From contig NW_027266286.1 in assembly GCF_022045235.1 (NCBI RefSeq), positions 16,182,001-16,246,000 of the forward strand: a DNA stretch of 64,000 nucleotides, given 5' to 3'. Origin of the DNA: Haliotis cracherodii (Eukaryota). This document shows positions 11,619 through 23,630 of the stretch, piece by piece. The number at the start of each line of letters is the position of its first letter. Position 1 is the stretch's first letter. A program made the translations under genes and the position numbers. Under the pieces are notes generated by a model. The model was not told where the DNA came from and ran no database searches. It worked only from the letters and a program-made list of their open reading frames with translations.

Positions 11619-14600
11619 ATGTTGAGCGACCCTCAGATGGAGCAACTTGGGGACATGGATATTGCTGATGACTATTGGAGTTCTTGTTCCACTCACCAAC
11701 AAGCCATACTGAACGGATATAGTAAATGTCAGACCCAGTATATACCCTTCACCGGGAACCAATCATCCAAGGTCAATTTGAGGACAAATAATGGCAACAA
11801 CGTATCAAGAATCCGTCTATATTTTGATGTGTTTTGTGTTTACGATTTCCACGAACAGATGATAGGAGACGGTGCTAGCCTCAACATGAACAATAACAGT
11901 AATGGCAGTGATTCAAGTAACTGTGACGGGCAGGTACAGTCTTCCCGATCCATGACTTCCATTCCTCCCAAAACGTACAAGGGGTACCTATTGAGTTCTC
12001 GGCTGCTGGGAGTGACGTCAAGGAACAGCTGTGACATCCATGGTCTTTTCTACAGATCCCGCAACACACGACGGGATAGACATTATTCCAAGACATTTTT
12101 ATGCAATGCACGTACTCCAGAGTTTTCTATTTTGTCTAGAGCGGAGAGGCTGACAGAAATCTACTTACTGATGAAGCAGCATCAGTTGGGAACCCTGGGT
12201 ATGGAGGGACAGTCGACTGAGGGAACTGCCCAAAACAAAGCTGTGTCTTTAATGAAACGTAAGACATCCCCTTCCATTCAGACGGAGAGTTTGGAAGTTA
12301 AAAATACAGGTTCTCATTCTGATCTAGAGATTTCTGGTGCTGCTGTACAGACCATCGAAAGCTTCCGGTCTGGTCTAAACGTCACTGATAGTTCTGTGCA
12401 GACCAACCACAGCTTCCGGTCTGGTCTAGACGTCACAGATAGTTCTGTACAGACCATCCACAGCTTCCGATCTGGTCTAGACGTCACAGATAGTTCTGTA
12501 CAGACCAACCACAGCTTCCGGTCTGGTCTGGACGTCACAGATAGTTCTGTACAGACCATCCACAGCTTTCGGTTTGGTCTAGACGTCACCGAAAGTTCTG
12601 CACAGACCATCCCAAGCTTCCAGTCTGGTCTGGACGTCACAGATAGTTCTGTACAAGCCAACCACAGTTTCCGGTCTGGTCTGGACGTCACAGATAGTTC
12701 TGTACAGACCATCCACAGCTTTCGGTCTGGTCTAGACGTCACCGAAAGTTCTGCACAGACCATCCCAAGCTTCCAGTCTGGTCTGGACGTCACAGATAGT
12801 TCTGTACAAGCCAACCACAGCTTCCGGTCTGGCCTGGACGTCACAGATAGCTCTGAAAATATCCCACATAGCTTCCAGTCTGATCTGCAACAGCTACTTG
12901 ATGCTATCTCCAATAAACAGGTGTCAGACGTTCCACAAACTCTGAAGGATCATTTGGTTCAAAGAATATGTGTCTTATTGATTCATGGAAAGAAGTCCAG
13001 TGGAAATATATTGGATAGATCTCTTATTAATTCTTTGAAACACAACAATAGCAGGTACGTCTGTTTTTGTTCATGCATTTGTCACTTAAGGACCGACCAT
13101 TTGTTATTAAGTGTGCGTGTACTATATGGAGACTACATATTGTTTTCAGCTACAGGTGAAAAACCAAATATTTCTTATTTAAAACTATAAGCCTAAATCT
13201 TTTTTGGTATAAAAACGCCTTGCAACAATGTAATTTTGGTGGCAGACATTTTCTTGTCTTTCATTTGTCAACAGTCTGAGGTATGATTATTTTTTTAAAG
13301 AATTTTCGGGACAGTAAATAATTTTCGAGAAAATCGCCTTATTTGACATTGCAACGGACCACCACCAGATTCACATATCATTTCATATTCATGGTATATT
13401 TGTTTCAATTAATTAAGACGATTTAATGACAAACGTTTTCTCCCTTTTCTCTCGTTTACACTTGGAACATACATAATCGCTTGAAGAAGCACAATCTGCC
13501 AATATATACAACACTGTGATGTTATATATTCTCAATGTATTTATTAGAAATATGATCTCATCGCTATATGGCTGCAATATTACCGGTGCGATGTAAACTT
13601 AACTCTCTCTCACTCACTATATGCCTCCTTTTGTACTAATATCCCTATATTGTTTCTACTTCCAGCAGAACGTCCCTTCCTAACTCAGCTAGTTCCTGTC
13701 ATACCAACACATCAAGACACAGTTTCAACAAAAAGGAACCTTTTACTTCTGAGTTTGTGTTCAAGAAGGTGTTTGGTCCAGACTTCCGTGTTGCTAAGCA
13801 CTACTGGCATGTCCAGCCTCCTGTCTTACCACCGCCATGTGTTAAATACAAGAGCAAAAGTGGCGCACTTTCAAGCAACATCTTAGGTCGGGGAACATTT
13901 GCAGAGATTACAGTAGCAACACTGCACGTGGACGGACAAAGCAGACACGTTGTGCTGAAGGAACACTACATCGACATGGTCTCAAAAGACGATGTGTTTC
14001 GTGAAGCCAAACTGACCATGTACTTGGAGCCAACTGGCTATGTTCCTGTATGTTATGGCTTAGTTAAAGATGGAATTGGTGGTCACAGTGTTGTCCTGGA
14101 ACTCATCGGATCGGGAACCACCCTCGGTGATGTTGTGGGGAAAGTGACTCTACCGTTACTACACTGGTTGAGCATTGCACGGCAGCTGGCTGAAGGCCTC
14201 ACCAAGATCCATGAGATGGACATTCTGATCAACGATGTCAAACCGGACAACGTGTTAGTGGATCTGACAAAACCAGCCCCAGTTCTGAAGTACTGTGACT
14301 TCGGCCATGGGTCCTATAAGTATGGTATTGTATTCACGGACCAGAACATGGAACAGTTTGTCCACTTGGCTCCCGAAGTTCGTGGAGGTGGCCAGACATC
14401 AAGGGCTAATGATGTGTATGGTTTAGGCAGACTACTGGGACGTATTGTAGACGTGTCTGGGATTTCGGCCATAGTACCCCTATGTCAGAGATGTAAGAAG
14501 GAAAACCCGGATCGCCGGATCTCAGCTGCAGAGGCAAGCGCTTGGCTGAAATCAGTTCACACAGAACAAGTGGCAGACACGATAGCATCATACTCAGACC

Positions 14601-14809
14601 CACACATCTCCAGCGGATACGGGTCATCGCCATCCTCCTCCTACGCTTCTCTGTCAGTGTACTCGACAAGTGGTGACTGGTGGAATTCAAATTATACATG
14701 GCTTGGGGTTAATGTTTCAGGAGCAAATGTCCTTATCTTACTAATCCTCTTAATAACCATGGCATTGCATCCATGGGTTATCGGTCCCTGCTGTTACTCT
14801 AAGTGTTGA
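11619..14809 (+). CDS. Two-exon atypical Ser/Thr(-like) protein kinase (~859 aa) with 17-aa repeats and a C-terminal hydrophobic tail; exons 11619-13054 and 13666-14809
   Basis: Donor CAG|GTACGT at 13054/55 and acceptor TTCTACTTCCAG| at 13665 join in phase 2 (AG+C = Ser), fusing ORF 11619 in frame to kinase ORF 13757. Motifs: GRGTFA, VVLK, RE, INDVKPDN, DFG, APE, DVYGLG, RRIS. Confidence 0.8.
12343..12885 (+). repeat. Coding 51-bp tandem repeat, ~10.5 units (SFRSGLDVTDSSVQT[N/I]H)
   Basis: Visible in both DNA and translation; includes a higher-order 153-bp (3-unit) duplication. Confidence 0.95.
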
Positions 14810-15992
14810 ATCTATTCTGATGCCTTTCCGGGGAAACAGGTGAGCGGAGTTGCGTCCCTTACCTGTGCAAGGATCCTTGGGGTGTAAGCACTATTGGGTT
14901 TCCGCGTAGATCCTGTGATTTTACAGCTTTGAACCCAACTCACTCATTAACTCTCTTTGAATTCAATGTTACTCAATTCATCGACTTCATTCCATCAATA
15001 AGGACGAACCATCTGTTACAAGTGCTAGTCAATCGTTAGTTTGAACCTGGTTAGAAAGTTGAGATATATTGAATGACGAAACAGATGCTGCCATCGATCC
15101 TGCTTATCTGTTTATGCGCTAGGATTCGGTCAGGTGTCTCTGTTGTGTGTGTGTACGCCGATGTCGGGACTCACAGCCAACCACTGGTGTGCTTGTTCCG
15201 GGAACGAACATACTTTACAGGCCGCCCTGATCTGGCATTAATAATGCTGACGACGGAGTCTTTGTAGAGACCTCGTGGAGTGTCCCACGTAATTAATATT
15301 AATATGTAGAAACGTAAATACTAGCTTACAACCTGATATTATTACATCATCTTTTGAGTATCAGAACCAGGAAATATACCAGAATTTCACTGTACATTAG
15401 ACATCTTTTCACGTTCAATATACAATTATACAAAGTCATATTCAATGTGTTTGTAAGAAACTATCCTTTATTTTTAACCCTTTTTTTCTACATGAATATT
15501 TCTTCAACATGTATCCGTCTTTACATATACATGTATTTCCCAGATTTTGATCTGAATTCATTGGTAATGAATATGTGTGCACAATAGTTAATAAACGTAT
15601 GTTTTATTCTAAATCGTTAATTTCATTATTTATTGAAAGGAAAATAGTTTTTGAAACGCAATTGATGTGTGACTCCAGTAATTGACCGATGTACATTATT
15701 GTGTCCCTATTTGCCAGAACAACTTGTAATGAACAAGAAACGACTTGACACACCAACTGGGCACTAAGTTAGTGCTATCTCCAGCAGAAACATCATTAAG
15801 CTCAATACGTCGATGTTTTTTTTTTATCTTTGATACGATGACATGCATCAACCAAGTCAGCGAGCCTGACCACGCGATCCCGTCATTCGCCTCTTATATG
15901 ACAAGCATAGTCTCTTACTGCAAGCATGGGTTGCTGAAGACCTATTCTACCCCGGATCTTCGCGGGTCCAATGAAACAACTGAAAATATTGG

Positions 15993-18164
15993 TCACTTGA
16001 AAAATTCGTTTGAGTCTCTGTACAGAATGTAGTCTTTTAACATTCGTGGAACACACAGAGTGGACACTGCATATCGAAGGTTGCTCTTGGTAACCGACTT
16101 CCGCACGCGCACCCTGGCACAGTCTTGCAATGATGGCACTCTCCTCATATGGGACTCATACCAAAACACAAATGGCCTCAAGTCATCGGATTCTTTTAAT
16201 TTGTTGAGCAGGCTTTCACTTGGTCGGTGTCCCATCAGTACTAACACCTTCAGGAGAAACTGCTGCCATTCGTCCCAAATAATTATCGGACGTTCCAGAA
16301 TTCTAGCAAGACAGCGATGTAATCCTACAACTGAGTTGCAAGCGCGTAAGGTCTCAAGCGCCATCAAGGACTTTGTCTTGTTTCTAGAATCAAAGTTCAT
16401 ATCAAAGTCATTGAGGAACACGGCGGTGTGTTTGATCACTCTTCTTGAAATACGTCTGGTCGAACGAAGTCCCTGGCGATGGCAAGGGGAAACAATTTGC
16501 CATACTAGGAAATCTGGCAGTAGGTCTATGAATACCGTGTCTGTGTTTATGCCAACTGCTTTTACGTACGGGTTCGACTCCAAGGCGAGGTCTGGCCACA
16601 GGTCCAATATTTCTATGTCCTTTGACAGCAGCAGAGAGTAGCACTCCCTTGCATCATATTCAAGAAGAGTGTTCACAACATCCTTCTTTATACCACCAAT
16701 TTCTGTATCTGAGATTAGGCTTATAAGGTCGGCCAAAGTCTCAGGTTTGTTGCTATGGAGACACCTGAATCCGCTTCGGAGGAGAAGACGTCGTGTGGCG
16801 AAGTTGTCGTTCGCCAGTAACACTGTTCTAAGTTCTTCGAAACACATCGACGAGTGTTGTTTTGGGGCGCATATGTATCTCCTGAAAGCCTCGAGAGCAT
16901 CGTCAGAGAGGTTAGGGCTCTCGAACCCAAGGACGAACCCTTTGGGGTTATGGCTGAAACTATAGGAAGAACATGAGTGAGTGAGTGAGTGAGTGAGTGA
17001 GTGAGTGAGTGAGTGAGTGAGTGAGTTGGTTGTTGGGTGGGTGGGTAGTTGGGCGGGCGTGAGTGAGTGAGTGATTTGGTGGTTGGGTGGGTGGGCGGTC
17101 AGGAGTGAGTGAGTGACAATTTACTCATGTGGGGAATTGAAGCCGCATCTTCGGCGTGACGAGAGAACACTTTAACCACTAGGCTACCTCACCGACCCCT
17201 AAGACAACATGATGTTTAGCAAACAAGGTTTAATGTACGAAATGTACACTATTCATAAAAATATGTACAGATGCCAATACTGTTTTATCCTTAAAAGTAA
17301 CATGAAACCGTCATTTTTAGATTTTTGGGAAATGTTTGGGCAATGAACGTGCACGGTATTGTGTTTTCACTTCCTTTTTTAAATTAAATGATTCCAATAC
17401 AGCAGTGTTCCAGCAAGGGGCACAACGAAGACAAAATACATATTAATACATAAACTACGTTTATAACGAACACGCTTATAACGAACTGGCGGATATAACG
17501 AACTATTTTTTGGTCCTGTCCATTTGCTGTATATATCCCGTAGATTTGCTTATAACGAACTACGGTTATAACGAATTAAAATTTGTGGTCCCTTTGGGTT
17601 CGTTATAACCGTAGTTTACTGTACTCGATCTTATGCTTTCACTCACTGGTTTGCTGGGTCCAGGTCTAGAATGGTCCATTAATAATTGAAGACATCCGTG
17701 AAACAGGTGGAAAATTGCACACAGTGGCATCAAATAACATTCATTTACTCACCTCACCCTTCTGGGCCCACTTGCACAAAGCGAACTTAGCGCTAAGATG
17801 ATCATAACTCCCATACTTTAACATAGGCTTACAATAGTCTTAGCGCTAAGATCGTTTTGTGCAAGTGGGCCCTAGTGTCAAAGGTCGTCTCTAGCAATTT
17901 GATTTTTCTAAACAGCCATCGCTTTTCCAGAAAAGAGTGGAATTTAGTTTTCATTTAAGATTGAAGAATTTTGCTTACATTTGAAAGACATCCTCTTGGT
18001 GTACACATTGATGAAAACAATCAATACTATAAACAAACTATACAAAATAAATAAATAAATATGTCATCGGCGAAACGTTATTGGTGTCAATTATTCACAC
18101 AATTCAGTGCATCTGAGTAATCCTGTAGATAATATCGAATTCATATTTACCTCAGTAAGTGCAT
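15993..18164 (-). CDS. SOCS-box protein A; main exon ~16954-15993 plus a putative 14-nt first coding exon 18164-18151
   Basis: C-terminus VPSLQDCARVRVRKSV...LCVPRMLKDYILY is a BC box + Cul5 box. The frame is open upstream of 16847 to acceptor TTCCTATAG/TTTCAG; ATGCACTTACTGAG|GTAAAT splices in phase 2. Confidence 0.75.
16975..17025. repeat. (GAGT)n microsatellite, probably an expanded SINE tail, followed by a partial family C SINE (~17103-17200, minus)
   Basis: Direct reading. Confidence 0.85.
17449..17623. mobile_element. Tigger/pogo-like MITE with internal TATAACGAA repeats
   Basis: Right TIR TTCGTTATAACCGTAGTTTACTG+TA; left end TAAACTACGTTTATAACGAA; TATAACGAA recurs internally. Confidence 0.7.
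17764..17872. mobile_element. Palindromic MITE (PIF/Harbinger-like termini)
   Basis: GGGCCCACTTGCACAAA...TTTGTGCAAGTGGGCCC inverted repeat. Confidence 0.7.
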
Positions 18165-19452
18165 CCTCTGCGAGGTTTATAGAGTTGCCATAGCTACAAC
18201 ACTATAAATATATAGTTCCTGTAGCTAACAATATAGCTATATAGCTATAGTATTGGCTATATACAGCCTTAGACAGCGTACGTGTTGGCCTTCAAGGGAC
18301 TTAACACTGCAGTAATGGTGAGTGAGTTCAACAAAACTCTCTTGGTATACGTGAATAACCTCAAATTGTCAGCGTTAACAGAATACGCATACATGTACAC
18401 TGTCCGCATACAAAGCCGTTGATATACCAGACCATATCTTGCATATCAGTCAGTATACATAAATAGACATCGCGACTCATTCATGTGACGGTGACAGTCG
18501 AGGAATAGATTAATATAGAACACGGATGACTGTGATTCGATCAAAATGACACAAATGTCTGCGTAGTAGGTTTGTGATGATGTTGGCGTCAGCTCTGTGA
18601 CTAAGCCTACCTGTATTGGCCTGTAGGTATACGAGCCATTGTCAAGGAACACGTAGGGTATTTACTTCCTTCTGTAACCTGAATATTGCCAAGGACTCTT
18701 TGGTCAAGGGGAGGTAACTCAGAAATCCCCTATTTCTATAGATTGAAAGTAAATTGTGTATATATATATATATATATGACCAACATCCCCGAAACAATAT
18801 CTATATTCTGTAAGCAGACATAATTTTCGAACGGAAACATCTCGCATGTTTGAATTTTCGTTATTATTCCAGGTACACTTTTTCATACAACCACCTCGTT
18901 TACCCATAGTACGGTAAGTTGAAGTGGGAGGGTTATTGTGAATGTTTGTGTTCGCATATGATGTAAGATGACGCTGAGTGTTTATGTCCTTGTCGTTATC
19001 CTTTTTCTAGAACTACTATTCTTCACAGAACACGACGTTTTATTGCAGCTGAAGAACATTATTCACAGAAAGATATCATTTCGGTTGTTCTAGGCCGCGC
19101 TTAACGGAAAGCCCTGTTTAGAGTGTTAGTGCAAGCTCCTAACAGCATCTCTGTTTTTTTGCCATTCGTGGTCGTGATCCTCTGAAATAAACCTGTTCAC
19201 CATCCACGGACCATCAGTTATTAATGAAAATGTTTATATATAGACATAGTAAAAATTTTTATTTCTTCACAGTCAGTCAAGGTAACTATGATATACTTCA
19301 TTTATCAGATTTATATTTAAATGATACGATCTTGCAGCCTGCATATGGTTGTCACACAGGAACTTGATGATAGCGTGTATAACATAATATATTCGTATAG
19401 TGAAAAACAAATCACACCTCTCTATATACATAGAGTTTATATGTATATAGAT

Positions 19453-19802
19453 GTGAGGTGAAATTGGGTTTAACGTCGCGTCCAAGATTATTGCACTTAT
19501 ATAGCGACGTGCATGCACGTGTATGTGTGTGTGTGGCTGCTTGTACTAGTCCGGACTGATGCCGATTTATAGTGCTAGCTCACTGAGATACCATGCCGCA
19601 GTTTAACACGAATACCCCACTCAGACACAGTATACTGACTCCGAGCCGACCAGTCCTTGTTTTAGCCCTTTAATGCCGAGCGCCAGACAGGGTAACAACA
19701 AGTACAATCTTTTAACGTCTTTTTGTATGACGCGGCCCGGGATCGAACCCTGGACCTTCCGCTCTCCGGGCGGACGCTCTACCACAGGACCACGGAGGCG
19801 GT
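19453..19802 (-). mobile_element. tRNA-derived SINE family D (Meta-domain-like centre)
   Basis: tRNA head with GGGTTCGATCCC, then GTCATACAAAAAGACGTTAAAAGATTGTACTTGTTGTTACCCTGTCTGGCGCTCGGCATTAAAGGG, resembling the MetaSINE core from recall; second copy at 34048-34378. Confidence 0.8.
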
Positions 19803-19991
19803 CATATGTATATAGAGGGGTGTTATTGTTTTCTCTTTGCGAATAAAGTATGTCACACACGCTATCATCGAGTTCCTATGATACAGTGGTATGAAGGTCG
19901 TCATCTTAATGTAATAATGTTTTAAATTGTTTCAGACGGTCTGAAAAATGTCATAAGTCAGCCACCGAAAAATAAAAGCCTTGTTCTCGCC

Positions 19992-20921
19992 ATGAGCAAA
20001 TTCTCAGAGAAAAACCCGAGTGACACTCTTTCAGATCACGTGATCGTACCGAGTGACTCAAGGACACAAGCTATGACCATCACCAGACAATACTGCTTGG
20101 GTGAAAATCAAGAAGATTTGCTTAGAATCAAGGAACTAGTTTCCAAAATTACGGTCAGAAATGAAATAATTCTCTATCTGAGGTGGCTTTTGTCACGGGA
20201 ACAACGCACCAGTGTTGTCAACATTTGTAAAGTTCTGCTTGGATCAGGCCGCCCCGTAGAACGCTTCGTCAGAGACGAGATATTGTCGGAGCTCATCGTT
20301 CACGTGGCTGTCGACCTTCTGCAGATACTTCTAAAAGCGGATCTAGATTTCACAAGCTTTCTGCCATGTCAACACTTTGTTTCGGACTTAAAGGAGGATC
20401 CGACTGTGTTTCTATGGAACTGTTTGATATTTCACTCCTTGCTTTGTGGAAAGTTGGGCTACAGGTACGAAAGTCGACCTGACCCAAGCGAACGCTTTGC
20501 TTACGTTGTGATCGTTGCGATGATCCAGGCTTGTTGCTCTCGACCTGAGTCTATATCAGCGTTGGCATATGTGATTGACAAGTACCCAATTCACCCTGGA
20601 GATTCCTACACGTATGGGAAGGTGTTTCGTGCGCTTGTAGTCGGGGGCTTTGACCCAAGTGAGGGTTTTGTGGCTGAAATGGAAGGAAGGGAGAAGAAAT
20701 CGGTTCCAGAGTATTATGAAGAGTACAGGAAATGGTATATGGACTACAAGCGGCGTGTTCCGTCTCTGAAACACTGTGCTCGATTGGTCGTGAGGCGGTC
20801 TGTCCTGGTGAACATTGAGCTAGCCACCTCGAGCCTGGAGCTTCCAAAACGTGTCGCAGACTTTTTGTTACTTAGAGATCCACATACACTGTCTGTAATT
20901 AATATTGATGATAAAGTTTGA
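19992..20921 (+). CDS. SOCS-box protein B (309 aa, single coding exon), paralogue of protein A
   Basis: GCCATG start after acceptor TTGTTTCAG| (19935); C-terminal VPSLKHCARLVVRRSV...LELPKRVADFLL SOCS box; shares the PSE...WY...RRVPSL...RD layout with protein A. Confidence 0.85.
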   Translation: MSKFSEKNPSDTLSDHVIVPSDSRTQAMTITRQYCLGENQEDLLRIKELVSKITVRNEIILYLRWLLSREQRTSVVNICKVLLGSGRPVERFVRDEILSELIVHVAVDLLQILLKADLDFTSFLPCQHFVSDLKEDPTVFLWNCLIFHSLLCGKLGYRYESRPDPSERFAYVVIVAMIQACCSRPESISALAYVIDKYPIHPGDSYTYGKVFRALVVGGFDPSEGFVAEMEGREKKSVPEYYEEYRKWYMDYKRRVPSLKHCARLVVRRSVLVNIELATSSLELPKRVADFLLLRDPHTLSVINIDDKV

Positions 20922-21032
20922 TTCATAATTCGTCGTAGTTGATTTGCTTACTCGCCCATCGTGACAGAGGATCGGCAGTGCCCTCGTAGCTTTGCGTCAT
21001 GAATTGTCAATACGCACCAGCAATACTCGGGC

Positions 21033-21440
21033 CTGGTGAAGATCCGGGGTAGAATAGGTCTTCAGAAACCAATGCTTGCCGGAAAAGGCGACTATGCTTG
21101 TCGTAAAAGGCGACTAACGGGATCGGGTGGTCAGGCTCGCTGACTTGGTTGATACATGTCATCATATCCCAATTGCGTGGATCGATGCTCATGATGTCAA
21201 TCACCGGATTGTCTGGTCCAGACTCGATAATTTACAGACCGCCGTCATATAGCTGGAATATTGCTGAGTGCGGCGTTACACAACAAACAAACAAATCATT
21301 TTGTGTCACCGTACTCCGACGGGGTGATCACAATATCGATCACTGGATTGTCTACTTCAGACTCGATTATGCCCAGGCCGCCGTCATACAGCTTGAATGT
21401 TGCTGAGTGTGGCGTTAAACAACAATCAGTCAGCAATCAA
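21033..21440 (+). mobile_element. Family B full copy (21033-21297) plus a second 3' fragment
   Basis: Direct similarity to the other family B copies. Confidence 0.85.
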
Positions 21441-22485
21441 TAAAGTCTCAACGGAAGTCCAACATCACCTAACAATCTACCTGTAAACGTCTTTTAGCCT
21501 TTACGTATCTATAATGGATAAAAGCGACAAAACCCTCTCCATATTCATACGAATTCTCTGCTAAAAGCAGATGTACGATTCCGACTATATCGTGATCATG
21601 ATTGTGTTCATGAATCACTATCAAATAGTAATGATGACAGGTGTTCGTGAAAAGGTGATAGAATCATCCTGCCCTACCGGTAGCAGCCGTAACAAACACA
21701 CGCAAAGGCAAGTTAATTGTTCACCTGGAAAAACACGGGAACGGACATCCATATGAAGCAATACTCTTACGTGATGACCGTTTACTGCATGAAGACAGTG
21801 ACTATGATCGATCATCCTAGCAATGGTGTCGCAGGGGTTTATGAAGCCTGTGTAATTGCCAGTCCTGGGAAACGGAATTTAATGACTGAGTAAAGAAATC
21901 TGACATGGAATGTCCGAACATTGATACAGAAATATCATACACATCAAACTTATAGTTTCAGTTTAATCATCCCAGCATCCATATCCCTGTGTGTCCAATG
22001 GATATTATTTGCATCCTGTCATAATTGTTATGCGTACAGGGCGCAATATTTTCCCCTGGTAAAACCCTGGTGTCTCTACAAATATGGATACCAGAATTCT
22101 GATCCGATTCTAAACATCGTTGCCATGTAAACCATACAGAACATGACATTTTTAACTGTTACTTAATTAAGATTTTTTATTTCTTATTTTTTAATGCATC
22201 ATCATGACCTCAGAGTTTTTGCTTATTATACCAGTATGGGTCTCTCTGGAACATGCATATTGTTTTGTTGTGTTGAAACTTCTGTTAACAGGTTTGGCAT
22301 TTCGTGGTAATATTGTTTTTAATTAGTATTATTATTTTGAAATTACTCCAGAAAAAATACAGGTGAGCTACAGAACTTTGTGCATGTCGCAGTATATTTG
22401 CATATATCATTATAAAACTGGTTATTAATCCTAGCTCCTTTCCGTAACTCCACTTTGTTTCCCCATATCATTCGCCATACCTTCT

Positions 22486-23630
22486 GAGTGAGTTCGGTTT
22501 TACGTCGTTTTTAGCAATATTCCAGCAATATCACGGCGCCCGACAGCAGAAATGGGCTTCACACATTATACCCATGTGGGTTTGTTTGTTTGTTGTTTAA
22601 CGCTGTACTCAGAAATATTCAGGTCGACTAATTTACAACAATGTATATGTCAGTTAAGTGAGGGAGTTGGTTTTAACGCCGCTTGAACAGTATTACGGTT
22701 ATATCACGTCGTGTCAGCTAAGTGGAGGGTGAAAACCCAAAGTGATGCACGTCTAATACATATACCACATCGGTAAAACCCACGAGCAGGACGCTGAGAA
22801 ACATTCGAACCAACAATCATAGGTATCTGGCATGTCTAAGGAACTCTACACAGCTAATTGCGGCGCCTAAGATGACTGGGCCATCCATGTCCCTGTTTGA
22901 GATAAAGATTCTCTGTTGTTTAAGGTCGCACTCAGCTATATGACAGCGGTCTGTAAATTATCGAGTCTGGACCAGTGATTGAAATCATGAACATCGATCT
23001 ACGCAATTGGGATACGATGACATGCATCAGCCAAGTCAGCAAGCCTGACCACCCTTTCCCGTTAGTCGCTTCTTACGACAAGCACGGGTTGCTGAAGACC
23101 TATTCTAACCCGGTTTCCAGCTATATCGCGGCGGTCTGTCAATAATCGAGTCTTGACCAGACAATCCAGTGATTAACATCATGAGCATCCATCCACATAA
23201 TTGGTTGGTTGGTTTGTTGTTTAACGCCGCACTCAGCAATATTCCAGCTATATGGCGATGGTCTGTAAATAATCGAGTATTGACCAGACAATCGAGTGAT
23301 TGACATCATGAGCATCGATCCACGCAATTCGTTTCGATGACATTCACCGATCAAGTCAGCGAGCCTGACAACCCGATCCCGTTAGTCGCCTTTAACAACA
23401 AGCATAGTCGCCTTTTACGGCAAGCATGGGTTTTTGAAGACCTATTCTACCCCGGATCTTCACGGGTCCACCCAACTGGGATACGATGACATGCATCAAC
23501 CAAGTCAGCGAGCTTGACCACCTGAACCCGTTAGTCGCCTCTCACGACAAGCATAGTCGCCTTTTACGGCAATTCACGGGTTGTACCCATGTGGGGAATC
23601 GAACCCGCTTTAACCACCACAAGGCTACCC
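22486..23630 (-). mobile_element. Pile-up of SINE fragments, all on the minus strand (families C, A and at least four family B segments)
   Basis: Successive matches at ~22486-22580, 22660-22895, 22913-23115, 23116-23195, 23200-23470, 23475-23580 and 23580-23630. Confidence 0.8.

Noticed and set aside
12314-12913. 199-aa antisense repetitive ORF
   Set aside because: Shadow of the coding 51-bp repeat on the plus strand.
16060-16641. 193-aa plus-strand ORF, and similar antisense ORFs over the kinases (42344, 55976, 63070)
   Set aside because: Antisense shadows of real coding sequences.
10500-21000. Endogenous virus or Polinton carrying the kinase and SOCS-box genes
   Set aside because: No capsid, polymerase, integrase or terminal repeats seen; the genes have spliceosomal introns and interspersed host SINEs.
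21895-21935. TWNVRTL motif of an RTE-type endonuclease
   Set aside because: Too short and surrounded by stops; at most a tiny LINE relic.
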